A stretch of 64,000 nucleotides of DNA, taken from NCBI GenBank assembly GCA_021785355.1, contig JAJYFR010000001.1, positions 135,096-199,095 of the forward strand. Reading direction: 5' to 3'. The stretch comes from a bacterium. Its GTDB lineage: Bacteria > Patescibacteriota > Dojkabacteria > JAKAPS01 > JAJZLI01. Under the pieces are notes generated by a model. It was not told the origin of the DNA and did not search any database. It saw only the letters and a list, made by a program, of their open reading frames with translations. This document shows, piece after piece, positions 10,277 through 19,972 of this stretch. Numbering within the stretch: the first letter of the stretch is position 1; each line of letters begins with the position of its first letter. Made by a program: the position numbers and the translations under genes.

Positions 10277-10741
10277 ATGAGAGGTAAAAAGGCACAGAAA
10301 AAAATAGTTAAACCTGACATTTTATATGGAAATGTTAATTTAGAAAAGTTCATTAATAAGTTAATGATGCATGGTAAAAAGTCTATAGCAAGAAGAATTA
10401 TGTATAATGCTTTAGATGAAGCATCAAGTGAACTTAAAATGGAACCGTTAGAATTATTTAACAAGATTATTGAAAATATATCACCTTCTGTAGAAGTTAA
10501 ATCAAGAAGATTAGGAGGTACTAATTATCAAGTACCTATTCCTGTATCTCCTGACAGACAAGTAACTTTATCTGTTAGATGGTTAATAAAGTCTGCTAGA
10601 GATAGAAAAGGTATTCCTATGGAAAAGAGATTGTATAAAGAATTTATTGATGCATATAATAATACAGGTGGAGCTGCTAAGAAAAAAACAGATATAGAAA
10701 AAATGGCAGAATCAAATAGAGCATTTTCTCATTTAGCTTAA
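10277..10741 (+). CDS. rpsG: 30S ribosomal protein S7
   Basis: [19 protein letters not shown]...[35 protein letters not shown] is the conserved S7 pattern. Confidence 0.93.
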   Translation: MRGKKAQKKIVKPDILYGNVNLEKFINKLMMHGKKSIARRIMYNALDEASSELKMEPLELFNKIIENISPSVEVKSRRLGGTNYQVPIPVSPDRQVTLSVRWLIKSARDRKGIPMEKRLYKEFIDAYNNTGGAAKKKTDIEKMAESNRAFSHLA

Positions 10742-10763
10742 TTTAAGAAATAGAAAGAAACTT

Positions 10764-12821
10764 ATGGATAATATAAGAAATATAGGTATTATTGCACATA
10801 TAGATGCAGGTAAAACCACTAGTACTGAACGTATATTATACTATACTGGGAAAACTTATAAGATAGGTGAAGTTCATGAAGGAGAAGCTGTAATGGACTG
10901 GATGGAGCAAGAAAAGGAGAGAGGTATAACTATAACTTCTGCTGCTACAACAACTTTTTGGAAATTAGATGGAGTAAAATATAGAATAAATATTATAGAT
11001 ACACCAGGTCATGTAGATTTTACTGCAGAGGTAGAAAGATCATTAAGAGTATTAGATGGTGGTGTTGTTGTATTTGATGGAAAAATGGGTGTTGAACCTC
11101 AATCAGAAACAGTTTGGAGACAAGCTGATAAATATAATGTTCCAAGAATATGTTTTATAAATAAATTAGATGGAATAGGGGCAGATTTTTATATGTCTTG
11201 TGATTCTATTGTAGATAGATTAGGTGCTAATATTGTTGTAATGCAGTTACCTATAGGGGCAGAGAGTAATTTTAAAGGTTTAATAGATTTAGTTTCTAGA
11301 AAAGCATATATATATACTAATGATTTAGGTACAGACATAAAAGAAGAAGAAATTCCAGAGGATATGAAGGATTTAGTTGAAGAGAAGAGAAGTCTTCTTA
11401 TAGAGAAAGCATCAGAATCTGAAGATTCTCTAATGGAAAAATATTTAAATGGAGAGGAATTAACAGAAGATGAGATTCATCAAGGTATTAGATCTGGGGT
11501 TAGAAAAGGTACTTTATTTCCAATATTTGCAGGTAGTGCATTAAAAAATAAAGGATTTCAATTATTATTAGATGCAATTATACGATATTTGCCTTCACCA
11601 TTAGATGGAGGAGATATAAAGGCTTTAAATGATAAAGGAGAAGAAGTTAGTATTAAAGTTTCTTCAGATTCACCTTTTTGTGCTTTAGCATTTAAAATCA
11701 TGTCAGATCCTCATGTAGGTAAATTAACTTTTTTTAGAGTTTATTCTGGTAAAGTAAAAAAAGGTTCATTTATATATAACTCTACAAAAGGAGTAGAAGA
11801 AAGAGTATCTAGAATATTATTAATGCATGCAAATCATAGAGAAGAAACAGATGAATTATTAACAGGAGATATAGGAGCATTAGTAGGATTAAAAGATACT
11901 ATGACTGGAGATACTTTATCAGATAAAAGTAATAAAATTTTATTAGAGAGTATTACTTTTCCAGAACCTGTTGTATCTATTGCTATAGAACCAAAAACAA
12001 AAGCTGATCAAGAAAAAATGTCATTGGCTATTCACAAATTATCAGAAGAAGATCCTACTTTTAGAATGAATAGTGATTTAGAGACAGGACAAACAATTAT
12101 TTCTGGAATGGGAGAGTTACATCTAGATATATTAGTAGATCGAATGAGAAGAGAATTTGGAGTTGAAGCTAATGTAGGAGAACCTCAAGTTGCATATAGA
12201 GAAACAATTTCTTCAAAGGCTAATGCTGAAGGTAAATATATAAAGCAATCAGGAGGTAGAGGTCAATATGGACATTGTTTCTTAAGAATTGAACCAAGAG
12301 ATAGGGGAGAGGGCTTCAAATTTTCAAGTGAAATAAAAGGAGGAGCAATTCCTCAAGAGTATATACCAGCTATTGAAAAAGGAATAATAGAAACTATGAA
12401 TGCAGGTATTATAGCAGGTTATCCTGTTGTAGATGTTAGTGTTACTGTATATGATGGATCTTTCCATGAAGTAGACTCATCTGAAATGGCTTTTAAAATT
12501 GCAGCTTCAATGGCTTTTAAAGATGCTATGAGAAGTGCAAATCCAATATTATTAGAGCCTGTAATGAAAGTAGAAGTAGTAACACCTGAAGAGTTTATGG
12601 GTACAATTACAGGAAATCTAACAGGAAAGAGAGGTATTATGATAGGATCTGAATTAAGAGGAAATGCTAGAGTTATAGAAGTCGAAGTTCCTTTAGCTAA
12701 TATGTTCGGATTTACAACAGAATTACGTTCAATGTCATCTGGAAGAGCTTCTTCAACAATGGAATTTAATAAGTATGAAATTGTCCCTAGAAATATTGTA
12801 GAAGAAATTGCTAAAAAATAA
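10764..12821 (+). CDS. fusA: translation elongation factor G
   Basis: G1 motif [21 protein letters not shown], and EF-G domains IV/V (...[15 protein letters not shown]...). Confidence 0.96.
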   Translation: MDNIRNIGIIAHIDAGKTTSTERILYYTGKTYKIGEVHEGEAVMDWMEQEKERGITITSAATTTFWKLDGVKYRINIIDTPGHVDFTAEVERSLRVLDGGVVVFDGKMGVEPQSETVWRQADKYNVPRICFINKLDGIGADFYMSCDSIVDRLGANIVVMQLPIGAESNFKGLIDLVSRKAYIYTNDLGTDIKEEEIPEDMKDLVEEKRSLLIEKASESEDSLMEKYLNGEELTEDEIHQGIRSGVRKGTLFPIFAGSALKNKGFQLLLDAIIRYLPSPLDGGDIKALNDKGEEVSIKVSSDSPFCALAFKIMSDPHVGKLTFFRVYSGKVKKGSFIYNSTKGVEERVSRILLMHANHREETDELLTGDIGALVGLKDTMTGDTLSDKSNKILLESITFPEPVVSIAIEPKTKADQEKMSLAIHKLSEEDPTFRMNSDLETGQTIISGMGELHLDILVDRMRREFGVEANVGEPQVAYRETISSKANAEGKYIKQSGGRGQYGHCFLRIEPRDRGEGFKFSSEIKGGAIPQEYIPAIEKGIIETMNAGIIAGYPVVDVSVTVYDGSFHEVDSSEMAFKIAASMAFKDAMRSANPILLEPVMKVEVVTPEEFMGTITGNLTGKRGIMIGSELRGNARVIEVEVPLANMFGFTTELRSMSSGRASSTMEFNKYEIVPRNIVEEIAKK

Positions 12822-12852
12822 TATTTTTAAAATGATATAATTGTTGAGGAAA

Positions 12853-12936
12853 GCCGAGATGGCGGAATTGGTAGACGCACAGGACTCAAAATCCTGCGAG
12901 GATTTCCTCATGAGGGTTCGATTCCCTCTTTCGGCA
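12853..12936 (+). tRNA. tRNA-Leu (anticodon CAA), class II with long variable arm
   Basis: Hand-folded. Acceptor GCCGAGA/TTTCGGC (7 bp with one GU). D-arm GCG..CGC. Anticodon stem CAGGA/TCCTG with loop CTCAAAA, giving CAA. A 17-nt variable arm. T-arm GAGGG-TTCGATT-CCCTC. Discriminator A, no CCA. Confidence 0.8.
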
Positions 12937-12953
12937 TTTTAAGTTACATAATT

Positions 12954-13502
12954 ATGGCTGTATTAACATCAGGACAATTAAGATCAGGTATAGTATATAA
13001 AGACGGGAGTGAAATATATCTTGTTTTAAAATATGAACATGTTACTCAAGGTAGAGGTGGAACTACAATTAAAGTTAAAGTAAGAAATTTAAGATCTAAT
13101 GCTACATTAGAGAAAGGATATAACGTTAATGATAAATTTGAAGATATAAATGTCTATAAATCTTCTTCTCAATTTTTATACTCCGAAGGAGATATGTTAT
13201 ATTTCATGGATTCAAATACATATAACCAAGTAGAATTTAAGATGGAAAATAAATATCTTGTTGGTGGTGAAAAAGTAATAATTACTTACTTAGAAGATTC
13301 TCCAATAAATATAGAATTACCTAATACTGTTATTTTAAAAGTTGAATATACTGAATCTTCTATCAAAGGTAATACTGTAAATAACCCATTAAAACAGGCG
13401 AAATTAGAGACAGGGTTAGAAGTTATGGTGCCTATGTTTATCAATATAGGAGATTCTATTAAGATAAATACAGAAAATAATGAATATGTTGGAAAAGCTT
13501 AA
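12954..13502 (+). CDS. efp: translation elongation factor P
   Basis: 182 aa. N-terminal KOW-like MAV.TSGQLRSGIVYKDGSEIYLVLKYEHVTQGRGGTTIKVKVRNL followed by OB folds, typical of EF-P. Confidence 0.88.
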   Translation: MAVLTSGQLRSGIVYKDGSEIYLVLKYEHVTQGRGGTTIKVKVRNLRSNATLEKGYNVNDKFEDINVYKSSSQFLYSEGDMLYFMDSNTYNQVEFKMENKYLVGGEKVIITYLEDSPINIELPNTVILKVEYTESSIKGNTVNNPLKQAKLETGLEVMVPMFINIGDSIKINTENNEYVGKA

Positions 13503-14772
13503 TCAATTTGAACTAGATAATAAGATAAAACTTTTTACATATAATCTTCCTAATTCTCAGTTTATTTCTATAAATATTTTAGTTAATATCGGTACAAGAG
13601 ATGAAGGAGAAGATGAAATTAATATAGCACATCTTCTTGAGCATACTATATTTTCTGGTACTAATAGTCGTAAAGATAGTAAAACCATAAGTTTTGAATT
13701 AGAAACTTTAGGTGGAAATATGAATGCAGCCACAACAGATGAATATACTATATATTCAGTAAATATCCCATATATTAATTTTTTAGAAGCGTTAGATATA
13801 ATATCTGATATATTTATAAATTCTATTTTTAATGATGAATCTGTAAATTTAGAGAAAGGTATAGTTAAACAAGAATTAGATATGAAAAAAGATAATAATA
13901 CTTTTGTTGTTTATGATAATATTATGTCTCTCATTTATGACGGTAATAAAGGTGGTCTTTCTAAAAATTTAGATCAAAATATCTCTATGTTAAGTAGTAT
14001 TAATAGAGATAAGGTTGTGAATTTTATTTCTAAAAAATATACAAATGATAATGTTTTTATATCTGTAGTAGGGAATATATCAGATTATAATGTTTTAGAT
14101 GAAGTAAATAAGAAGTTTGAGACTAAAAAATATAATAAAAGTGAATATAAAAGAGATAAAATTATTATTAATAATAAAAAGAATAAAATTATTAAAGTAG
14201 ATGAGAACGTAAATCAATCAAATTTTGTCTTGGCTATGGAAAGTTTTCCTTTTAAATCTGATAAATACTATCAATTAATATTGATGAGTTGTATTTTAGG
14301 TGGAGGTGAAGGGTCTATGCTTTTTCAATTATTAAGAAATAAACTAGGTATAGCTTATTATGTATATTCTTATAATACATTTTATACAGATAATGGTTTT
14401 TTCTATATATCTTCAGGTATTGAAAATTCGAAGTTTATATATGCTTTGGAAGAAATAATTAATATGCTTAATAAATTCAAAAAAGGTAATTTTACTGAAA
14501 AAGATTTAAATAGAGCTAAAGGTTATGCAATAGGTGGAATATTATCAGAATTAGAGTCTGCTGAAAATATTTCGAATTTCATACTCAATGATTATATTAT
14601 GTTGAATAAAGTTAGAGACCAAGATGAAATTAAAGATAATATAAGTTCAGTTAAAAAAGAAGATATAGTAAATGTTTTTAATGAAATATATAAAAATTTA
14701 TATTTATCTGCGATAACAAATAATTTTTATGAAGAAGAAATTTATGATAATATATTAAATAATGTTATATGA
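13480..14772 (+). CDS. M16-family (pitrilysin/insulinase-type) zinc peptidase
   Basis: Inverted zinc-binding motif HxxEH (HLLEHTIFSGT) near the N-terminus and a downstream E (NMNAATTDEYTIY), typical of M16. The start overlaps the efp end; an internal ATG is also possible. Confidence 0.7.
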   Translation: MNMLEKLNQFELDNKIKLFTYNLPNSQFISINILVNIGTRDEGEDEINIAHLLEHTIFSGTNSRKDSKTISFELETLGGNMNAATTDEYTIYSVNIPYINFLEALDIISDIFINSIFNDESVNLEKGIVKQELDMKKDNNTFVVYDNIMSLIYDGNKGGLSKNLDQNISMLSSINRDKVVNFISKKYTNDNVFISVVGNISDYNVLDEVNKKFETKKYNKSEYKRDKIIINNKKNKIIKVDENVNQSNFVLAMESFPFKSDKYYQLILMSCILGGGEGSMLFQLLRNKLGIAYYVYSYNTFYTDNGFFYISSGIENSKFIYALEEIINMLNKFKKGNFTEKDLNRAKGYAIGGILSELESAENISNFILNDYIMLNKVRDQDEIKDNISSVKKEDIVNVFNEIYKNLYLSAITNNFYEEEIYDNILNNVI

Positions 14773-15328
14773 TTATTTATTTAATATACTTTTATTTATA
14801 ATATCTTCTCTTATTCTTTGGATTGTTTTCTATAGGAGTAAAGTAATATCTAATAATGATTTTTGGGACTATATTTTTATATTATTTATATTTACAGTCA
14901 TTGGTTACAAACTCCTTTCATATAATGGAGTAATAATCTTTGGGATTTTAGGAACACTTATTTTTTCTAAATTAAAAAGTTATAGTTATTATGATATATT
15001 TGATTTTTACGCATTATTTCTCTCTATATTTTTCATATTAGATTTTATTTCACAAGGTTTTATATATTTTCTAATTATATTGTTAGTATCAATATGTATA
15101 ATTCTTCTTAGAAAAGTTGTAAAAGGCTATGGTATGGTAATATTTTTATTAATATATTCTGTGATGTATTTTTTAAATCATTCTTTATGGATATTTCACA
15201 AAAATTATATTTATAATTTAGATTTAGATGTAATATTTATTTTTATGTCTCTTTTATTCTTAGGATTAAAATTATTCTTTTCTAATGAGAATAATGATTA
15301 TAGTAATATATTGAAACATAAAATTTAA
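14762..15328 (+). CDS. polytopic integral membrane protein, unknown function
   Basis: 188 aa with five or six hydrophobic helices and no diagnostic motif. Confidence 0.45.
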   Translation: MLYDYLFNILLFIISSLILWIVFYRSKVISNNDFWDYIFILFIFTVIGYKLLSYNGVIIFGILGTLIFSKLKSYSYYDIFDFYALFLSIFFILDFISQGFIYFLIILLVSICIILLRKVVKGYGMVIFLLIYSVMYFLNHSLWIFHKNYIYNLDLDVIFIFMSLLFLGLKLFFSNENNDYSNILKHKI

Positions 15329-15437
15329 AAATCCATATCTAATTTCAATTAAAAATTTATTATAGACATATACTAATGTATATAATACTAACAGTTTACA
15401 ATAATTTTTGTTATGATATAATAAGGGGCAAAAAAAT

Positions 15438-15776
15438 ATGAATATAGAAGATATACAAAAAAAATTAGAGAAAGAGAGATTGAAGGTACAGAAGCAAATA
15501 GATACTATTGATAAATCTATACAGTCTTTGCCTGATTCTGAAATAGCAGAGGAATTTGAAGGTGCAGATATAATGAACAGTAAAATAGAAAGCTTTGAGA
15601 TTAAAGATAACATGGAGACTCTCCTTAAGGATATAAATTTAGCATTATTAAGAATTAAAAAAAATAAATATGGGGTATGTGAGAATTGTAAATTAAATAT
15701 TGAACCTAAAAGATTAGATTTATATCCTTTTGCCAAATATTGCACTAAATGCATGGATGAGTTTGATAATGAATGA
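15438..15776 (+). CDS. DksA/TraR-family C4 zinc-finger protein
   Basis: N-terminal coiled-coil-like region, then CENCKLNIEPKRLDLYPFAKYCTKC (CxxC-17-CxxC), characteristic of DksA/TraR/YteA proteins. Preceded by AAGGGG 9 nt upstream of the ATG. Confidence 0.7.
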   Translation: MNIEDIQKKLEKERLKVQKQIDTIDKSIQSLPDSEIAEEFEGADIMNSKIESFEIKDNMETLLKDINLALLRIKKNKYGVCENCKLNIEPKRLDLYPFAKYCTKCMDEFDNE

Positions 15777-16707
15777 TTCTAATATTTTTAATTTAAAATC
15801 TGAATATTCAAATAGATTAGATATAGTATTATCCGATTCATTAAATAAATCCAGAAATTATTTTCGTAAATTAATAAAAGATGGTTTTGTTACTGTTAAT
15901 GGCAATATTGTAAGGAAAACTAAATTTAAAGTTAATAAAGATGATTTATTAGAATATAGAGATTTTAAATATGTAGACGATATATCTAATATAATTCCTC
16001 AAAAAATAAAGATAGATATTATATATGAGGATGAAAATGTATTAGTTATAAATAAAAAAGCAGGTATTGTAGTACATCCAGGTACAGGGAATTCAAAGAA
16101 TACTCTTTTAAATGGGATAATATTTAAATTAAAATTTGATAATATATTAACTGAGAGACCAGGTGTTGTGCATAGATTAGATAAACATACTTCAGGTGTA
16201 ATAATTTTTGCTAAAAATATAGAAACTTCAGACTTTTTAATAGAACAATTTAAGAATAGAGAAGTGGAGAAAAAATATATAGCACTTGCTAAAGGTATAA
16301 TTACCTCTAATAATAAGAAAGTAGTAAGAATGGATGATCGTAATTTCTATATAAAAGGGAAAATAGAGAGAAGTCATTCTAATAGAAAACTTTTTATTCT
16401 TTCTGATAAAGGAAAAGATGCTATAACTTATTTTAAGATAATAAAATATATAGATAGAGATTTCACTTTATTAGAAGTTTACCCGAAGACAGGAAGAACT
16501 CACCAGATTCGAGTATCTTTAGCAAATATTAATCATCCTGTTGTTGGAGATAAACTTTATTCTAGAAAATCAATAGCATATCCTCATATGTTTTTACATG
16601 CTTATTCTTTAAAATTAAAATTGCCAAATGTAGGATATAAAGAATTTAATGCTAAACTTCCTAACTTTTGGAGAAATATACCAGGCGTATCTAAGTTATA
16701 TAAATAA
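15730..16707 (+). CDS. rluD: RluA-family 23S rRNA pseudouridine synthase (RluD-like, S4 domain + catalytic domain)
   Basis: Catalytic motif HRLDKHTSGVIIFAKN (HRLD..TSG). N-terminal S4-like RNA-binding region. ...TGRTHQIRV... near the C-terminus. Confidence 0.85.
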   Translation: MPNIALNAWMSLIMNDSNIFNLKSEYSNRLDIVLSDSLNKSRNYFRKLIKDGFVTVNGNIVRKTKFKVNKDDLLEYRDFKYVDDISNIIPQKIKIDIIYEDENVLVINKKAGIVVHPGTGNSKNTLLNGIIFKLKFDNILTERPGVVHRLDKHTSGVIIFAKNIETSDFLIEQFKNREVEKKYIALAKGIITSNNKKVVRMDDRNFYIKGKIERSHSNRKLFILSDKGKDAITYFKIIKYIDRDFTLLEVYPKTGRTHQIRVSLANINHPVVGDKLYSRKSIAYPHMFLHAYSLKLKLPNVGYKEFNAKLPNFWRNIPGVSKLYK

Positions 16708-16709
16708 AT

Positions 16710-17012
16710 ATGTCTCAAAAATTTATAAAGAGAAATGAAAGTTTTGTTTGTCAAAACTGTGGTTTTTTTAATACAGAAGATAAGAATGGGTCTTGTAGAA
16801 ATCATTGTGCAGAATGTCTTTATTCAATGCATCTTGATATTTATCCAGGAGATAGAAAATCATACTGTAAATCTTTAATGAAACCTATGTATATGGAGAT
16901 GAAAGGTGATAATATAGTTATATATCATAAATGTATATCTTGTAAGATTTTAAAGAAAAATAAAGCTTCAAGAGAAGATAATTTATCTATATTATATGAA
17001 GAAAAAAAATAA
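16710..17012 (+). CDS. cysteine-rich RNHCP-domain-like small protein
   Basis: 100 aa with CQNCGFF..., a literal RNHC motif (SCRNHCAECLYSMHLD) and a second C..C pair (CISCK). Resembles the RNHCP zinc-binding domain family. Confidence 0.45.
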   Translation: MSQKFIKRNESFVCQNCGFFNTEDKNGSCRNHCAECLYSMHLDIYPGDRKSYCKSLMKPMYMEMKGDNIVIYHKCISCKILKKNKASREDNLSILYEEKK

Positions 17013-18135
17013 GTTAAAAATAACAATTTTTATAATATTAATTCTATTTTTAGTTTATATTATTAGTGTATTTGTTATATCTATTTTTTCATTTAATAAT
17101 CTTAAATTAAATAATGATATAGGTTATCAAGGAAATGATTATAATTGGAATTCTACAAATACCATTAATGTGTTAGTAGTATATGAATCTAAAGTTAACA
17201 ATTATTATCTGAACACTTATAATTCTATAATGTCTATTGACCCTTCTGGTCAAGTAGCATTTTTAAATATACCTGATAATATGAAGATTGCAACATCTTC
17301 AAATACTTATCAAAAATTAAATACAATATACCCCTTAGGTGATCTTAATTCTAATAAAAATGGAATGAATGATTTGTTGAAATATCTAAGATATAGCTTA
17401 GCTTTACCTATACAAGGTTATATATCTTTTAGTTCTTCTGGCATAAAAGGTCTAAATGTTAGTATTTATTCAAACATTAAATATAAAAATATCATAAAAA
17501 ATGGGGAAAATAATCTTAATTCAAAACAGATGAATTATATTTTATCCATAAAAACAGACAATAACAGTACTCTATATCTGAAAAATTTAATATTTAATAA
17601 TTTATTATTTTCTTTTGTAAATCCAATCTCTTTGATAAATTATAAGAGTAGAGTAGTGGCCTTTAAGAACCTATTCTATTCAAATATTAATTCAAAGGGA
17701 TTTTCAAACCTGCTTATAGATTTTTATAAAATAGGTATAAATAATATTAAATACAATTATTTGCCATATAGTAATAAGATAAATTTAACGAATACAGATA
17801 ATTACATACAATCAAATTTCACAGATAATACTTTTTCTAATAGTGGTGTGTCTGTACAAATATTAGATGCTTCTAATAGTAATTTTGCAGTTTATCAGTT
17901 TAGTAGATACATACAGAATTTAGGAGGAAATATATCTTCCATTGGAATCTATAATAGCAATACTTACAAAGATATAATATTTGTAGGGAATTTAAGTAAA
18001 TACGGATACGAAGTAAATGTCATTAAAGATATTTTAGGACCTAATAATGTTATAATAAAAGACAATAACCCTAATTTCTTCTATACAGGGACTATAATAG
18101 TAGTTTTAGGGCAAGTAGATAATTATATTTATTAA
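16996..18135 (+). CDS. LytR-CpsA-Psr (LCP) family cell-envelope phosphotransferase-like protein with LytR_C-type C-terminal domain
   Basis: N-terminal TM anchor. LCP-like core (INVLVVYESK....IMSIDPSGQVAFLNIPDNMKI). C-terminal VQILDASNSNFAVYQFSRYIQNLGG...IIVVLGQ resembles the LytR C-terminal domain. Confidence 0.5.
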   Translation: MKKKNKLKITIFIILILFLVYIISVFVISIFSFNNLKLNNDIGYQGNDYNWNSTNTINVLVVYESKVNNYYLNTYNSIMSIDPSGQVAFLNIPDNMKIATSSNTYQKLNTIYPLGDLNSNKNGMNDLLKYLRYSLALPIQGYISFSSSGIKGLNVSIYSNIKYKNIIKNGENNLNSKQMNYILSIKTDNNSTLYLKNLIFNNLLFSFVNPISLINYKSRVVAFKNLFYSNINSKGFSNLLIDFYKIGINNIKYNYLPYSNKINLTNTDNYIQSNFTDNTFSNSGVSVQILDASNSNFAVYQFSRYIQNLGGNISSIGIYNSNTYKDIIFVGNLSKYGYEVNVIKDILGPNNVIIKDNNPNFFYTGTIIVVLGQVDNYIY

Positions 18136-18138
18136 TGT

Positions 18139-18909
18139 ATGTCTGGACATTCAAAGTGGTCTACAATTAAAAGAGCAAAAGAATCTAATGATTTGAGAAA
18201 AGCAAAATTGTTTACTAAAGCTTTAAATCAAATAGTATTAGCTGTTAGGAATGGTGGTTCTAATATAGATAATAACTTTATCTTAAAAACTTCTATAGAA
18301 AAAGCTAAAAGCTTAAATGTTCCATCTTCTTCAATAGATAATGCAATAAGAAAAGGTTCAGGTGTAGATAAAGATGAAGATAAATTTGAATCTGTGTTTT
18401 ACGAAGCTTATGGGCCAGGAAATACATCTTTATTGATAGAGTGCTATACTGACAATAAGAATAGAGTTATATCTGAAATTAGGTTCGTTTTAGATCGAAA
18501 TAAAGGCAAATTAGTTAACAATGGTACATTGGATTGGCAGTTTGATTTACAGATGCTTTTTACTTTAAAAATCACTGATACTAAAAGTACAAAAGATAGT
18601 TGGAGAGATGTTAATAAAGAAAGGGATATTTCTAATTTAGAAGAATTTGAAATAGATATATTAGATGTAGATGGTTTAATTGATTATAGTTTTGATGAAG
18701 GTTTCGCATATATTTATGTTGATCCACTAAAAATAGATGCTTTTAAAATTTTTTTTGAAAGTAAGTTATTGAGAGTAGATAATATTGAGAAAGTTTTTAT
18801 TCCTAAAATTAAAATTGATATTAAAGAGGAAGATTTAGCAGATAATCAGTGTTTAATAGAATTACTTGAAGATTTAACAGATATTAATGGTGTATATTAT
18901 AATTTTTAA
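18139..18909 (+). CDS. yebC: YebC/PmpR-family transcriptional regulatory protein
   Basis: N-terminus MSGHSKWSTIKRAKESNDLRKAKLFTK is the YebC signature. Lies immediately upstream of ruvC, as in many bacteria. Confidence 0.88.
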   Translation: MSGHSKWSTIKRAKESNDLRKAKLFTKALNQIVLAVRNGGSNIDNNFILKTSIEKAKSLNVPSSSIDNAIRKGSGVDKDEDKFESVFYEAYGPGNTSLLIECYTDNKNRVISEIRFVLDRNKGKLVNNGTLDWQFDLQMLFTLKITDTKSTKDSWRDVNKERDISNLEEFEIDILDVDGLIDYSFDEGFAYIYVDPLKIDAFKIFFESKLLRVDNIEKVFIPKIKIDIKEEDLADNQCLIELLEDLTDINGVYYNF

Positions 18910-18911
18910 AC

Positions 18912-19394
18912 ATGTCTAAATTTATATTAGGAATAGATCCTGGTTTTGCTATTTTAGGATGGGGTATTATAGAAGTGGATTCAAAAAAAATAATCAGTAC
19001 AAATTGGGGAGCAATAACTTCTCATTCATCTGAGAAAATAGAATATAGACTTTTAAAAATCTATGAAGGATTAACTCAGATAATCAGTCTATATAAACCA
19101 GAAGAAATGTCTTTAGAAAAGGTCTTTTTTAATAAAAATGCAAAAACTGTTATTTCTGTAAGTCAATCTCAGGGTATAGTTTTACTACTCTCAGCTCTCT
19201 ATAAAATACCTATTTTTGAATATACTCCATTACAAGTAAAGAGTGCTCTAACAGGTTATGGTAATTCAGATAAACAACAAGTTCAAAATATGTTAAAATT
19301 ACTACTGAAACTAGAAGAGATTCCAAAGCCAGATGATGCAGCAGACGGATTAGCTTTAGCTTTATGTCATTTACAAACAAATAGATTTATATGA
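18912..19394 (+). CDS. ruvC: Holliday junction resolvase RuvC
   Basis: ILGIDPGFAILGWGII (catalytic D at the N-terminus), 160 aa, ...DAADGLALALCH C-terminal catalytic region. Confidence 0.9.
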   Translation: MSKFILGIDPGFAILGWGIIEVDSKKIISTNWGAITSHSSEKIEYRLLKIYEGLTQIISLYKPEEMSLEKVFFNKNAKTVISVSQSQGIVLLLSALYKIPIFEYTPLQVKSALTGYGNSDKQQVQNMLKLLLKLEEIPKPDDAADGLALALCHLQTNRFI

Positions 19395-19972
19395 TAGGTT
19401 ATTTAAAAGGGATTATTAAATATTTTGACAAGAATTACGTGGTAGTACTTGTTAATGGAGTAGGTTATAGAGTAGAGGTACCTTCAAATTTAGTAGAATT
19501 AATAGGAACTGATGCTGAGGTTGAATTATATATTTATCCAGAAGTATCTGAAAGATCTTCAAGATTGTTTGGTTTTTTAGATAAGGAGACATTAGATTTA
19601 TTTGAACTTTTAATAACAGTAAATGGTGTTGGTCCTAAAGCTGCACTAAATATACTTTCTCGGGCCAGTTTAAAAGATCTGATGAGTGCTATAAATGAAT
19701 CAGATGTTAATTTTTTATCATCTTTACCTTCTTTAGGCAAGAAAACGGCAGAGAAGATAATATTAGATTTAAAGGGTAAAATTTCTTTAGATATTAATAT
19801 AGGTAATTGGAGTGAGGTAAGAAGTGCTTTAGTGAATTTGGGATATTCTAATATAGAAGTAGATTCAATATACTCAGTTTTTAAAGAAAAGTATGGTGAT
19901 TCTACAGATTTAAGTAATTCTGTACGTATGGCAATTTCACTTTTAAAAGGAGATAAGAAAAATTATGAGTAA
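19391..19972 (+). CDS. ruvA: Holliday junction branch-migration protein RuvA
   Basis: MIGYLKGII....VVVLVNGVGYRVEVP, helix-hairpin-helix region NGVGPKAALNILS. Overlaps ruvC (ATGA). Confidence 0.9.
   Translation: MIGYLKGIIKYFDKNYVVVLVNGVGYRVEVPSNLVELIGTDAEVELYIYPEVSERSSRLFGFLDKETLDLFELLITVNGVGPKAALNILSRASLKDLMSAINESDVNFLSSLPSLGKKTAEKIILDLKGKISLDINIGNWSEVRSALVNLGYSNIEVDSIYSVFKEKYGDSTDLSNSVRMAISLLKGDKKNYE

Noticed and set aside
10162-10464. 100-aa minus-strand ORF spanning the rpsL/rpsG junction
   Set aside because: Antisense to two conserved ribosomal protein genes; spurious.
15272-15754. 160-aa minus-strand ORF overlapping the 14762 membrane protein and the DksA/TraR-like gene
   Set aside because: Low-complexity antisense translation of AT-rich sequence. 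The plus-strand ORF has a conserved CxxC-17-CxxC DksA/TraR zinc finger and an upstream AAGGGG, so the plus-strand gene is preferred.
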